Assembly: GCA_036381125.1 (NCBI GenBank)
Contig: DASVDK010000296.1
Location: forward strand, 1-35,539
Length of the DNA: 35,539 nt
Source of the DNA: Thermodesulfobacteriota bacterium
Lineage (GTDB): Bacteria; DASVDK01
Direction: 5' to 3'
The position numbers and the translations under genes were made by a program. Positions 1 through 8,972 of the stretch are shown one piece after another. Within the stretch, counting starts at the first letter, position 1. Each line of letters opens with the position of its first letter. The notes beneath the pieces were generated by a model. That model was not told the origin of the DNA. It saw only the letters and a program-made list of their open reading frames with translations, and did not search any database.

Positions 1-636
1 CAACGTCCCGAAGAGGTCGGGCGGCTGGCCGTGGGGTACCGTGCCGAGGGTCGGCTTGACGCCCACGATCCCGCAGCAGGCAGCCGGGATCCGGATGGAG
101 CCGCCGCCGTCGGTCCCGACGCCGAGCGGCCCCATGCCGGCCGCCACGGCGGCGCCGGCGCCGCCGCTCGACCCGCCGGGAGAGCGTGACCGGTCCCAGG
201 GGTTGCGCGTGATCCCGAAGAGCGGCGCGTCGGTGACCGCCTTGTGCCCGAACTCGGGCGTCGTCGTCTTGCCGACGAGGATGGCCCCCGCGGCTTTGAG
301 GCGCCGCACGGCCACGCCGTCCTCCGTGGGGACGAAGCCTTCGTAGAGCCGGGAACCGAAGGTCGTACGCACGCCGGCGGTCGTCACGAGGTCCTTGACC
401 GAGAAGGGGACGCCGTGGAGCGGCCCGAGCCGATCCCCGCGCCGGACGGCGGCGTCGGCCTCGATCGCGGCGCGCCGGGCCTCCTCGCGCGTGACCGTGA
501 CGAACGCGTTCAGCGACGGCTCGAGCCGCTCGATCCGACGCAGCACCGCGTCGACCACGTCCACGGGCGACAGCCGCCGCGCCCGGATCTCGTCGGCCAG
601 GCGGGTGGCCGGCGTGAAGCAGAGATCGTCGCTCAT
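1..636 (-). CDS. Amidase-signature (AS) family amidase, 5' part (runs off window edge)
   Basis: Not in ORF track (no stop in window). Manual translation from ATG at 636: MSDDLCFTPATRLADEIRARRLSPVDVV...GPLHGVPFSVKD...GKTTTPEFG...NPWDRSRSPGGSSGG...GTDGGGSIRIPAACCGIVGVKPT, containing the Lys/Ser/Ser triad motifs. GGAGG RBS upstream. Confidence 0.92.
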   Translation of the reverse strand, partial: MSDDLCFTPATRLADEIRARRLSPVDVVDAVLRRIERLEPSLNAFVTVTREEARRAAIEADAAVRRGDRLGPLHGVPFSVKDLVTTAGVRTTFGSRLYEGFVPTEDGVAVRRLKAAGAILVGKTTTPEFGHKAVTDAPLFGITRNPWDRSRSPGGSSGGAGAAVAAGMGPLGVGTDGGGSIRIPAACCGIVGVKPTLGTVPHGQPPDLFGTL

Positions 637-676
637 GGTGAACCCTCCTGTACGTCCGCGCGCCGATCGCCGCGGC

Positions 677-1462
677 TCACGCCTCCTCCTCGCCCCAGAT
701 CAGGCGCAGCACCTTCTCCCGCATGGCGACGAACTCCGGCAGGGCCTTGACCGACCGGCTGCCGGCCTGCCCGGCCTGCCGCCCGAAGGGCGCCTCGATG
801 CGGGCGATGATCCGGCCCGGCCGGGGCGACATGACGATGATCGTCGTGGCGAGGTAGACCGCCTCCTCGACGCTGTGGGTGATGAGGAAGACGGTCTTCC
901 TCGTCGCCTTCCAGATCTTGAGGAGCTCGTCCTGCAGGTGCTCGCGCGTGAGCGCGTCGAGGGCGCCGAACGGCTCGTCCATGAGGAGGATTCGCGAGTC
1001 GTTCGCGAGCACGCGGGCGATGGCGACCCGCTGCTGCATGCCGCCCGAGAGGGTGTACGGCGGCTTGGCCGCGAAGTCGGCGAGCCGGACCATCTCCAGG
1101 TACTCGGTCGCGATCCGGCGCCGCTCGGCCGCGGGCACTCCGCGCATCTTGGGGCCGAACTCCACGTTGTCCCTGACCGACAGCCAGGGGTAGAGCGCGG
1201 GGTGCTGGAAGACCACCCCGCGCTCGTGGTCCGGCTCGGTGATGGGCACGCCGTCCATGAGGACCCGACCCGAGGTCGGGGGCAGGAAGCCGGCGATCAG
1301 CCTGAGGAGCGTGGTCTTCCCGCAGCCGGAAGGGCCCACGACGCAGACGAAGTCGCCTTCCCGCATGGCGAGGCTCGCCCCGGCGACGGCCGTGACCGGA
1401 CCGTCCCTCGTCTCGAAGACGACCGAGACGTCGTCGACCTCGAGGATGGGCCGGCCGGCCAC
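677..1462 (-). CDS. tauB: Taurine/sulfonate ABC transporter ATP-binding protein
   Basis: Walker A GPSGCGKT, signature LSGGMQQR, Walker B LLMDEPFGALD, ITHSVEEA; adjacent to TauA/TauC-like genes. Confidence 0.88.
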   Translation of the reverse strand: MAGRPILEVDDVSVVFETRDGPVTAVAGASLAMREGDFVCVVGPSGCGKTTLLRLIAGFLPPTSGRVLMDGVPITEPDHERGVVFQHPALYPWLSVRDNVEFGPKMRGVPAAERRRIATEYLEMVRLADFAAKPPYTLSGGMQQRVAIARVLANDSRILLMDEPFGALDALTREHLQDELLKIWKATRKTVFLITHSVEEAVYLATTIIVMSPRPGRIIARIEAPFGRQAGQAGSRSVKALPEFVAMREKVLRLIWGEEEA

Positions 1463-1474
1463 GGCCGCGCGTTC

Positions 1475-2479
1475 CTACCGCCTGGCCGCCGTCTCGGCGT
1501 ACGTCGAGACCACCGCCTTCTGGAAGGTGGCCAGGTCGGGCGCCGAGCGGATGGTCTTCTGGGTCACGAGGAAGTCGGCCGCGTCCTTGAGGGCCCTGGC
1601 GACCCCGCCCTGGAGGTACTTCGGCGTCACGTGCTCCTCGGCGGTGAGGAACGTCATGGTCTTCATCTGGCGCAGCGCCTCGGCCTCGGGGATGCCGAAC
1701 TCCCTGGCCACGGCCCTGGCCGCCTCCTGGGGCTTCTCGCGGAAGAGCGTGACGGCGTCCGAGAGGGTCTTGACGTACGTGGTGACGACCTCGGGGTACT
1801 TCCGGGCGAAGTCCCTCCGGACGACCGCGACGTCGGCCGTGAGGTAGCCCTTCTCCGCGAGGGCGCGCGAGGAGACGAGGACCTCGCCGCCCGACTCGAG
1901 CATCTTGATCAGCGTCGGCTCCCAGACGAAGCCGGCGTCGATGTCGCCGCGCGTCCAGGCGGCCAGCATGTCGGGCGGCTGCATGTCGAGCACGGTCGCC
2001 TTCCTGGGGTCGAGGCCGAACTCCTTGAAGGCGACGAGGAGGTGGTAGTGCGTGGTGGAGCCGAAGGGCGCCGCCACCTTCTTGCCGGCGAGATCGGCGA
2101 CCTTCTCGACCCCCTTCCCCTTTCGGACGACGAGCGCCTCGTTGTCGCCGATGACGTCGTAGAGCCAGATGACCTCGTACGGGATGCCGCTCGAGATGCC
2201 GATGGCGGCCGGGCTCGAGCCGGTGAGACCGATGTCGACGCTGCCCGACGCCATGGCGGTGTTCACGTCGCGGCCGGAGTCGAACTGCCGCCACTCGATC
2301 TTGACGCCGAGCGCCTTCTCGTGCATGCCGAGGGCCTTGGCGATGATCTCCCCGTTCGGGATGATCTGGTAGGCGATCGTGATCTTCTCCGGCTTCGCCT
2401 GGGCGAAGAGCGGCGACGAGACCCCGGCGGCGACGAGGGTCGCGAGCGCGATGCCGACCAACCAGCGCCAGTGTTGCAT
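1475..2479 (-). CDS. tauA: Taurine/sulfonate ABC transporter substrate-binding protein
   Basis: C-terminal part of ORF 1475..3241; start at MQHWRWLVG (2479) after a GGGGAGG RBS. Signal peptide, then TauA-like motifs WRQFDSG, GSSP, PFGSTTHYHL, AAWTRGDIDAGFVWEP. Confidence 0.85.
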   Translation of the reverse strand: MQHWRWLVGIALATLVAAGVSSPLFAQAKPEKITIAYQIIPNGEIIAKALGMHEKALGVKIEWRQFDSGRDVNTAMASGSVDIGLTGSSPAAIGISSGIPYEVIWLYDVIGDNEALVVRKGKGVEKVADLAGKKVAAPFGSTTHYHLLVAFKEFGLDPRKATVLDMQPPDMLAAWTRGDIDAGFVWEPTLIKMLESGGEVLVSSRALAEKGYLTADVAVVRRDFARKYPEVVTTYVKTLSDAVTLFREKPQEAARAVAREFGIPEAEALRQMKTMTFLTAEEHVTPKYLQGGVARALKDAADFLVTQKTIRSAPDLATFQKAVVSTYAETAARR

Positions 2480-2529
2480 GGGGCGTACCTCCCCTCTTGC
2501 GTGGGCGCGGCGGCCGGTCCGCCGCGCCG

Positions 2530-3315
2530 TCACGCCTTCCCCTTCCACGGCACGAGCCGCCGCTCGGCCACGCGGATGACCCGGTCGAGCACCACGCCGG
2601 TGAGGCCCATGACGATGATCCCCATGAAGATGATGTCCGACCGGAGGAACTTCGACGCGTCGAGGACCATCCAGCCGACCCCCGACGTGGCCGCCACCAT
2701 CTCGGCGGCGACGAGCGTCGTATAGGTGAACCCGATCGAGACCCGCATGCCGGTGAAGATGTCCGGCAGGCACGACGGCAGGAGCACGTACCGGAACACC
2801 TGCCAGCGCGACGCGCCGAGGGAGCGGGCCCCCTGGATCCGCTCCTCCGAGACCCCCCGCACCCCCGCCATGGCGCTCACCGAGAGCGGAGGGAAGGCGG
2901 CCAGGTAGAGGAGCGCGATCTTCGAGGGGTTCTCGATGCCGAGCCAGATGACGAGCAGCGTGTAGTACGCGAGCGGCGGCAGCGGCCGGTAGAACTCGAT
3001 GATCGGGTCGAAGATCGCCTGGACCTTCGTCGAGTAGCCGATGGCGAGGCCGAGCGGCACGGCGGTGACCACGGCCAGGCCGAAGCCGACGAGCACCCGG
3101 TAGAGGCTGTCGGTCAGGTGGGCGAGGAGCGTCGGTCCCCTGTACCCGTCGGTCAGCGTCTCCTGGAACGCGAGCCAGACCGACTCCGGGTGCGGGACGA
3201 ACAGCTCCGGCAGGAGCCGCCACTCGGCCACGACGTACCACGCCAGCAGGATCGCGGCGATCGTCAGAGCGGTCAGCAGCGGTTCGACGCGCCTCGAACG
3301 CCGCGTGCTCGTCAT
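2530..3315 (-). CDS. tauC: Taurine/sulfonate ABC transporter permease
   Basis: DPIIEFYRPLPPLAY, ARSLGAS EAA loop, TLVAAEMVAATSGVGWMVLDASKFLRSD. Start could be 3315 (ATG) or further upstream (3360). Confidence 0.87.
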   Translation of the reverse strand: MTSTRRSRRVEPLLTALTIAAILLAWYVVAEWRLLPELFVPHPESVWLAFQETLTDGYRGPTLLAHLTDSLYRVLVGFGLAVVTAVPLGLAIGYSTKVQAIFDPIIEFYRPLPPLAYYTLLVIWLGIENPSKIALLYLAAFPPLSVSAMAGVRGVSEERIQGARSLGASRWQVFRYVLLPSCLPDIFTGMRVSIGFTYTTLVAAEMVAATSGVGWMVLDASKFLRSDIIFMGIIVMGLTGVVLDRVIRVAERRLVPWKGKA

Positions 3316-3361
3316 AGGGAGCGACGGCCTCCCGGGACCGGCCGGAGCGACGGCCCGCACC

Positions 3362-4120
3362 TCATCGTACTAGGAGCCAGAGCCCCGTGGCAAACACGAC
3401 TGTGGTCACCAGGGACAGGAACATGCGCTCCGACAGGCGGCCGTTTACCCGCTCTCCGAGGCGGCTGCCGGCCATCATGACCGGCGCCGCCGCGAGCCCG
3501 AGTGCGAGGTCGCGCGGCGTGAGCGCGCCGGCCGAGACGAGGAGCGGGATCTTCGCCACGTCCAGGACCAGCAGCAGCATCGCCAGCGACGCCACGAAGG
3601 CCGCCCGCGACAGGCGCGGCAACAGGTAGAAGGCGAAGACGAGCCCCCCGGAGTGGGCCAGGATGCTCACCACCCCCCCGCCGATGCCGCAGGCCGACGC
3701 GAGGGCGCGGGAGGTCCCCTTCCGCACGACCCGGTTCACGGCGGCACCGCCCGGGGCCCCCAGTAGCCGCCGCGCCTGCACGGTCGCGAAGGCGAGCGCC
3801 ACGACGCCCATCGCGCGACGCAGCCCCGACGCCGAGGCCGTGGCGACGAACAGCGCGCCGATGCCGATCCCGATCAGGGCGGCGGGGACGAGGACGCGCA
3901 CCGTGGGCCAGTGCCACCGGCGCCAGTGGGCCCGGAGCGTCGTCAGGTCGGTCACGAGCATGATCGGCGCCGTGATGCCGAGGGCCACGCGCGGGTCCAG
4001 GACCGCCGCCAGGAGCGGCACGGATACGGCGCCGCCGCCGAGGCCGACCGCCGACTTGACGAACCCCACGGCGAAGCCGACGAGGGCGACGAGCGCGAGG
4101 AGCGCCGGCTCGACGGTCAC
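3362..4120 (-). CDS. tauE: TauE/SafE family sulfite exporter
   Basis: C-terminal half of ORF 3362..4861; GTG at 4120 overlaps the tctA stop (GTGA). Hydrophobic, with the repeated motifs GFVKSAVGLGGG and GGVVSILAHSGG typical of TauE/TSUP proteins. Confidence 0.82.
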   Translation of the reverse strand: MTVEPALLALVALVGFAVGFVKSAVGLGGGAVSVPLLAAVLDPRVALGITAPIMLVTDLTTLRAHWRRWHWPTVRVLVPAALIGIGIGALFVATASASGLRRAMGVVALAFATVQARRLLGAPGGAAVNRVVRKGTSRALASACGIGGGVVSILAHSGGLVFAFYLLPRLSRAAFVASLAMLLLVLDVAKIPLLVSAGALTPRDLALGLAAAPVMMAGSRLGERVNGRLSERMFLSLVTTVVFATGLWLLVR

Positions 4121-5613
4121 GACGCGGGACGGCGGCCGGCAAGGTGCCGCTGGAGCGCCGGCCAGGCCAGGAGCGCGATCGACAGCACGACGAGGGCGGC
4201 GCTCACCGGCCGCCTGACGAACACCGTCAGGTCGTTGGCGTTGCTCACCATGGTCGTCAGGAAGTACTGCTCGCCGAGCGGCCCCAGGATGAGCCCGAGC
4301 ACCAGCGGCGGCACCGGGAGATCGTAACGCCGCATGACGAACCCGACGACGCCGAAGAGCATCGTGAGCCAGACGTCCGCCATGTTGTTGCGCAGGGCGA
4401 AGGCGCCGACGACGCAGAGCGCGCAGATGAGGGCGCCGAGGACCCCCGCGGGGATCCGCATGAGCGAGGCGAAGACTCGCGCCGCCAGGAGGCCGATCCC
4501 GATCATGAGCACGTTGGCGAGCAGGAAGCCGGAGAAGATCGTGTAGACGTCGAGCGCGTTGTTCCGGAAGAGGAGCGGGCCCGGCTGCACCCCGTGCAGC
4601 AGGAACGCCCCCATCATGACCGCCGTGGCGCCGCTCCCCGGGATGCCGAGCGTGAGGAGCGGGATCATCGCGCCGCCGGTGGAGGCGTTCACCGAGCTCT
4701 CCGCCGCCGTCAGCCCCTCGAGCGAGCCCTTGCCGAACCGCTCGGGCTCGCGCGCGAACTGCCGCTCGACGCCGTACGACACGAACGAGGACACGGTCGC
4801 CCCGGCGCCGGGTATGAGGCCGATGGTCGTGCCGACCGCCGACCCTCGCAGGAGCGACCACCGGTAGGGCCAGAGCTGCCGGAGCGACGGCAGCGCGGCG
4901 CGCCCCTCCACCCGCCCGTCGACCGGCGCCGGCGCCTCGCCGCCGCCGGCGAGCTGGTCGAGGATCTCGCCGACCGCGAAGAGGCCGATCAGCACGACCA
5001 CGAAGTCGATGCCGTCGCGCAGGATCGGGATGCCGAAGTCGAGGCGCGTGACCCCGTACTGCGAGTCGGTGCCGATCGAGCCGAGCACGATCCCGGCGAA
5101 GAGCGCGATGGCCGCCGAGACGATGGAGCGCGACCCGAGCACGACGACGCTCGCCATCCCGAAGAGCACGACGGCGAAGTACTCGGCGGTCGAGAACGAC
5201 AGCGCGACCCTGGCGAAGGGAGGGGCCGCGAGCGCCAGAAGGAGCGCCGACGCGAACCCGCCGAGCGCCGACGACATGATCGCCATGCCGAGGGCGAGCC
5301 GCACGTGCCCCTGGCGGTTGAGCGGGTACCCTTCCCAGGTCGTCGGCACGCTCATCGGATCGCCCGGGATGTTGAAGAGGATGCCGGTGATGGACCCGCC
5401 GAAGACGCCGCCGGCGTAGATGGACGACAGCAGCAGCAGCGACGGCGCGATGCCCATCAGGTACGTGAAGGGCAGGACGAGGACGACGGCGTTCAGCATC
5501 GTCACGCCGGGGAGCGCGCCGGCCACGACGCCGATCGTGAGGCCGAGGACGATCATGCCGAGGCTGACCGGTGCGAGCGCCGCGGCGAGACCGGCGAGCA
5601 GATCCGCGTCCAT
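4117..5613 (-). CDS. tctA: Tripartite tricarboxylate transporter large membrane subunit TctA
   Basis: GALPG, YAGGVFGGSITGILFNIPG, IPLLTLGIPGS, HGVQPGPLLF motifs; ATG at 5613 overlaps the tctB stop. Confidence 0.93.
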   Translation of the reverse strand: MDADLLAGLAAALAPVSLGMIVLGLTIGVVAGALPGVTMLNAVVLVLPFTYLMGIAPSLLLLSSIYAGGVFGGSITGILFNIPGDPMSVPTTWEGYPLNRQGHVRLALGMAIMSSALGGFASALLLALAAPPFARVALSFSTAEYFAVVLFGMASVVVLGSRSIVSAAIALFAGIVLGSIGTDSQYGVTRLDFGIPILRDGIDFVVVLIGLFAVGEILDQLAGGGEAPAPVDGRVEGRAALPSLRQLWPYRWSLLRGSAVGTTIGLIPGAGATVSSFVSYGVERQFAREPERFGKGSLEGLTAAESSVNASTGGAMIPLLTLGIPGSGATAVMMGAFLLHGVQPGPLLFRNNALDVYTIFSGFLLANVLMIGIGLLAARVFASLMRIPAGVLGALICALCVVGAFALRNNMADVWLTMLFGVVGFVMRRYDLPVPPLVLGLILGPLGEQYFLTTMVSNANDLTVFVRRPVSAALVVLSIALLAWPALQRHLAGRRPAS

Positions 5614-6128
5614 CAGAAGAGGCCCAGCCGGTGGTAGATCCACACGGTCGCGTCGAGGAGCGGCCCCTGGCCGCGCGGCAGCGGGACGTAGACGACCTTC
5701 ACGAACAGGTAGAGCAGCACGAGCGTGGCGGCGACCGCCGAGAGCCCGACCGTCGCGGGCCTCCGGTAGCGCCCGACCCGCATGAAGAGCGCGAGGAAGA
5801 TCGGCGTGGCGAGGACGAAGCCGGCGACCGGGAGGAGCGCGGTGTAGGCGAAGAGGAGGACGACGGCCAGGGTGACGCGACGCCGGTCGACGGCCTCGCC
5901 GTCGGCGCGTCCTCCGTTGCCGCCCGCCGCTTCGCGCCGCCCCCGGCCCCGCACCACCTGGACGATCTTGACGCCCGACAGGACGGCGAGGCCGGCGACG
6001 CCGAGCCGCGGCCAGAAGTCCGGCCCGAGCTGCCCCGGCACCGGGACGATCGGGATGTCGCCCGCCGCGACCCAGAGCAGGGCCGCGGCGGCGACGAGCA
6101 GGACCGGCCCGACGAGCGATCCGACCAT
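5613..6128 (-). CDS. tctB: Tripartite tricarboxylate transporter small membrane subunit TctB
   Basis: About 4 TM helices, LGPDFWP, GFVLAT and FVKVVYVPLPRG motifs; lies between tctC and tctA with overlapping start/stop codons. Confidence 0.87.
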   Translation of the reverse strand: MVGSLVGPVLLVAAAALLWVAAGDIPIVPVPGQLGPDFWPRLGVAGLAVLSGVKIVQVVRGRGRREAAGGNGGRADGEAVDRRRVTLAVVLLFAYTALLPVAGFVLATPIFLALFMRVGRYRRPATVGLSAVAATLVLLYLFVKVVYVPLPRGQGPLLDATVWIYHRLGLF

Positions 6129-7093
6129 TACCTGGCCTTGAGCCCGAATTCCTTGACGTACGCGTTGAGGACGTTCTCCTGCTCGCGGATCCACGCCGGG
6201 AACTGGTCGGGCCCCATGTAGCTGTCGGGACGCATGTACCAGTCGGCCGCGAACTTCTTCCACTCGGCGCTCTCCATGGCCTTGCGGAACGCCTCGGCGA
6301 GCGTCCTCAGCCGGTCGGGCGGCGTGCCGGCCCTGGCCACGATCCCTCGGAACTGCGGCAGCTCCACCTCGAAGCCCAGCTCGCCGGAGGCCGGCACGTC
6401 GGGGAAGGCCGGATGCCGCCTGGCCGCGAAGATGATGAGCGGCTTGAGCTGCTTCGCCTCGAGGAAGCTCTTCACGTCGCCCGCCTGCTCGTAGAGGACT
6501 TCGTTGTGACCGCCGACGACCGCCGCGTAGCGCTCGCCCGGCTTGGGGTACGGCACGACGGTCATCGGGAAGCCCCGATGGCCGAGGTAGCGGACCGTGA
6601 GGTCGTCGACGGTGCCGAAGCCGGTCGTCGCCACGCGCAGCTTGCCGGGGTTCGCCTTCGCGTGCGCGAGGAGCGCGTCGATCGTCTGGAAGGGGCCGTC
6701 GGCCTTCACGAAGAGGAACGAGTCGGCGACCTGCGTCCGGACGACCCAGGCGAGGTCGTCGACCTTGTAGGAGGCGAGCCCCAGGGCGATCGTGCAGAGC
6801 GTGTCCATGATGTACGTGGCGACCTGGTAGCCGTCCGGCCGGCCGTTCAGGATCTGCGCGAGCCCGGTGTTGCCCGAGCCGCCCGGGACGTTCACCGCCG
6901 GCAGCGCGACGCCGAGGTGGGGCTGCGCGAGCTGGGAGAGCTGGCGCGCCATCGAGTCGGCCCCGCCGCCCGGTCCCCAGGTGACGACGATCTCGACCGG
7001 CCGGGTCGGGTACTTCTCCTGCGCAACCGCCGGTCCGCTCGCCACGAGAGTGGCCGCGGCGGCCGCCGCGAGGGTCCTCCGCGTTCGTGTCAT
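6128..7093 (-). CDS. tctC: TctC/Bug family periplasmic substrate-binding protein
   Basis: Signal peptide, then YPTRPVEIVVTWGPGGGAD, VNVPGGSG, AKANPGKL, PAFPDVP motifs. Confidence 0.92.
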   Translation of the reverse strand: MTRTRRTLAAAAAATLVASGPAVAQEKYPTRPVEIVVTWGPGGGADSMARQLSQLAQPHLGVALPAVNVPGGSGNTGLAQILNGRPDGYQVATYIMDTLCTIALGLASYKVDDLAWVVRTQVADSFLFVKADGPFQTIDALLAHAKANPGKLRVATTGFGTVDDLTVRYLGHRGFPMTVVPYPKPGERYAAVVGGHNEVLYEQAGDVKSFLEAKQLKPLIIFAARRHPAFPDVPASGELGFEVELPQFRGIVARAGTPPDRLRTLAEAFRKAMESAEWKKFAADWYMRPDSYMGPDQFPAWIREQENVLNAYVKEFGLKAR

Positions 7094-8082
7094 CGGGCGC
7101 CTCCTTTTCCGCGTGCCTGCAGGGCGCCGATCGCAGCCACGGTCACGATGTCGTCAACCTGGCACCCTCGGGACAGGTCGTGCATGGGCTTCGCGAGCCC
7201 CTGGATGACGGGGCCGATCGCCTCGGCCCCGCCGAGCCGTTCGGTGATCTTGTAGGCGATGTTGCCGGCGTCGAGGTTCGGGAACACGAAGACGTTGGCG
7301 CGGCCCGGCACCGTCGAGCCGGGGGCCTTGCGCCGCCCGACCGCCTCCACCCAGGCGGCGTCGAACTGCAGCTCGCCGTCGATGTCGAGGTCCGGGCGGG
7401 CCGTGCGGGCCCGGGCCGTCGCCTCGCGCACCTTCGTGACCGCCTCGTGCTCGGCGCTCCCCTTCGTGCTGAACGACAGCATGGCCACGACCGGCTCCTC
7501 GCCGGTGAGGCGCCGGTGGGTCTCGGCCGACGAGAGGGCGATCGTCGCCAGGCCGGCGGCGTCGGGGTACGGGACGACCGCGCAGTCGCCGTAGGTGACG
7601 ACCCGCCCGTCCGGCAGGGCCATGAGGAAGACGCTGCTCGCGAGGCCCACGTCCGGTGCAAGCCCGATCACGTGGAGGGCCGCCCGGAGGACGTCGGCCG
7701 TGCGGCTCATCGAGCCCCCCACGCAGGCGTCCGCCTCGCCCGTCCGCACGAGCATGGCGCCGAAGACCAGCGGCGCGCGGACCGCCTCGCGGGCCTGCTC
7801 GGCCGTCATCCCCTTCGCCCGCCTCAGGTCGTGGAGGATCGCCGCGAACCGCTCCGCCCGGGGATCGGTCGCGGGATCGATCACGCCGACCGACGAGGGG
7901 TCGACGCCGGCGCGCCGCAGCGCGCCCGGCTCGCCGAGGAGGACCGGTCGCGCGATCCCCTCGCGCGCCAGGACGAGGGCCGCCTCGACGACCCGCGGGT
8001 CGGCCGACTCCGGCAGGACGACGCGCGCCGAGAGCGCCGACGCCGCCCGGCGAATCCGGTGGACGACCGGCGAGAGGCTCAC
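7090..8082 (-). CDS. pta: Phosphate acetyltransferase (short type)
   Basis: VVLPES.DPRV, YGDCAVVPYP, VAMLSFSTKGSA, DGELQFDAA, FPNLDAGNIAYK, DLSRGC. Confidence 0.95.
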   Translation of the reverse strand: MSLSPVVHRIRRAASALSARVVLPESADPRVVEAALVLAREGIARPVLLGEPGALRRAGVDPSSVGVIDPATDPRAERFAAILHDLRRAKGMTAEQAREAVRAPLVFGAMLVRTGEADACVGGSMSRTADVLRAALHVIGLAPDVGLASSVFLMALPDGRVVTYGDCAVVPYPDAAGLATIALSSAETHRRLTGEEPVVAMLSFSTKGSAEHEAVTKVREATARARTARPDLDIDGELQFDAAWVEAVGRRKAPGSTVPGRANVFVFPNLDAGNIAYKITERLGGAEAIGPVIQGLAKPMHDLSRGCQVDDIVTVAAIGALQARGKGGAR

Positions 8083-8972
8083 GGCCGGCCCCGCGGTCCG
8101 GCCGAGAGCCCCAGTTCCCGAAGGACCGGGCCGATCCGCGAGGGGACGTCCACGACGCGCGCGCCGCCCCTCGCCAGGGCGGCCATCTTGGCGGCCGCGC
8201 TCCCCTTCCCGCCCGACACGATGGCGCCCGCGTGCCCCATCCGCTTGCCGGGGGGGGCCGCCTGGCCGGCGACGAGCGCGACGACCGGCTTCGACATCCG
8301 CGGGACGTACTCGGCGGCCTCCTCCTCCATGCCGCCCCCGACCTCGCCCACGAGCACGATCGCCCGGGTCCGCGTGTCGGCCTCGAAGGCCCGGAGGACG
8401 TCGAGGTGGCTCGTCCCGTTGACCGCGTCGCCGCCGATCCCGACGAAGGCCGACTCGCCGAACCCGTCGCGCACGAGGTTGAGGCAGACGAGGGTGCCGA
8501 GGCTGCCGCTGCGCGAGACGACGCCGATCTCGCCGGGCCGGAAGATGTTGTCGGCCCAGGCCGGCATGATGCCGACGAAGGTCTCGCCCGGCGTGACCAG
8601 GCCGGGGCAGTTCGGTCCCACGACGCGCGCCCCCGCGTCGCGCGCCTCGGCGAGGACGGCCATGACGTCGTGCACCGGAATGTGCTCGGTGAGGACGACG
8701 ACCAGCTTCACGCCGGCGCCGATCGCCTCGAGGGCGGCCCCCTTCGCCGCCATCGGCGGCACGAAGAGGACCGACACGTCGACCGGACCGGCGGTCACGG
8801 CGTCGCGCACGCTGCCGAAGACCGGGACGCCCGAGACCGACTGGCCCGCCTTGCCGGGGCTCACGCCGGCCACCACGCGGGCGCCGTACTCGAGCATCCG
8901 CTCGGTCCAGAAGGAGGCCTCCCTGCCGGTGATCCCCTGGACGAGGATGCGGGCGTCGCGCCGCAGGATCAC
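8079..8972 (-). CDS. Succinyl-CoA synthetase alpha-like subunit; probable ADP-forming sulfoacetate-CoA ligase alpha subunit
   Basis: C-terminal part of ORF 8079..11357, GTG start at 8972 overlapping the upstream stop. VQGITG, GPNCPG, SRSG, GIGGD and phospho-His motif GKRMGHAGA. The substrate call is inferred from context. Confidence 0.85.
   Translation of the reverse strand: MILRRDARILVQGITGREASFWTERMLEYGARVVAGVSPGKAGQSVSGVPVFGSVRDAVTAGPVDVSVLFVPPMAAKGAALEAIGAGVKLVVVLTEHIPVHDVMAVLAEARDAGARVVGPNCPGLVTPGETFVGIMPAWADNIFRPGEIGVVSRSGSLGTLVCLNLVRDGFGESAFVGIGGDAVNGTSHLDVLRAFEADTRTRAIVLVGEVGGGMEEEAAEYVPRMSKPVVALVAGQAAPPGKRMGHAGAIVSGGKGSAAAKMAALARGGARVVDVPSRIGPVLRELGLSAGPRGRP

Noticed and set aside
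1-636. gatA (Glu-tRNA amidotransferase subunit A)
   Set aside because: No gatC upstream and the context is catabolic; a generic AS-family amidase fits better.
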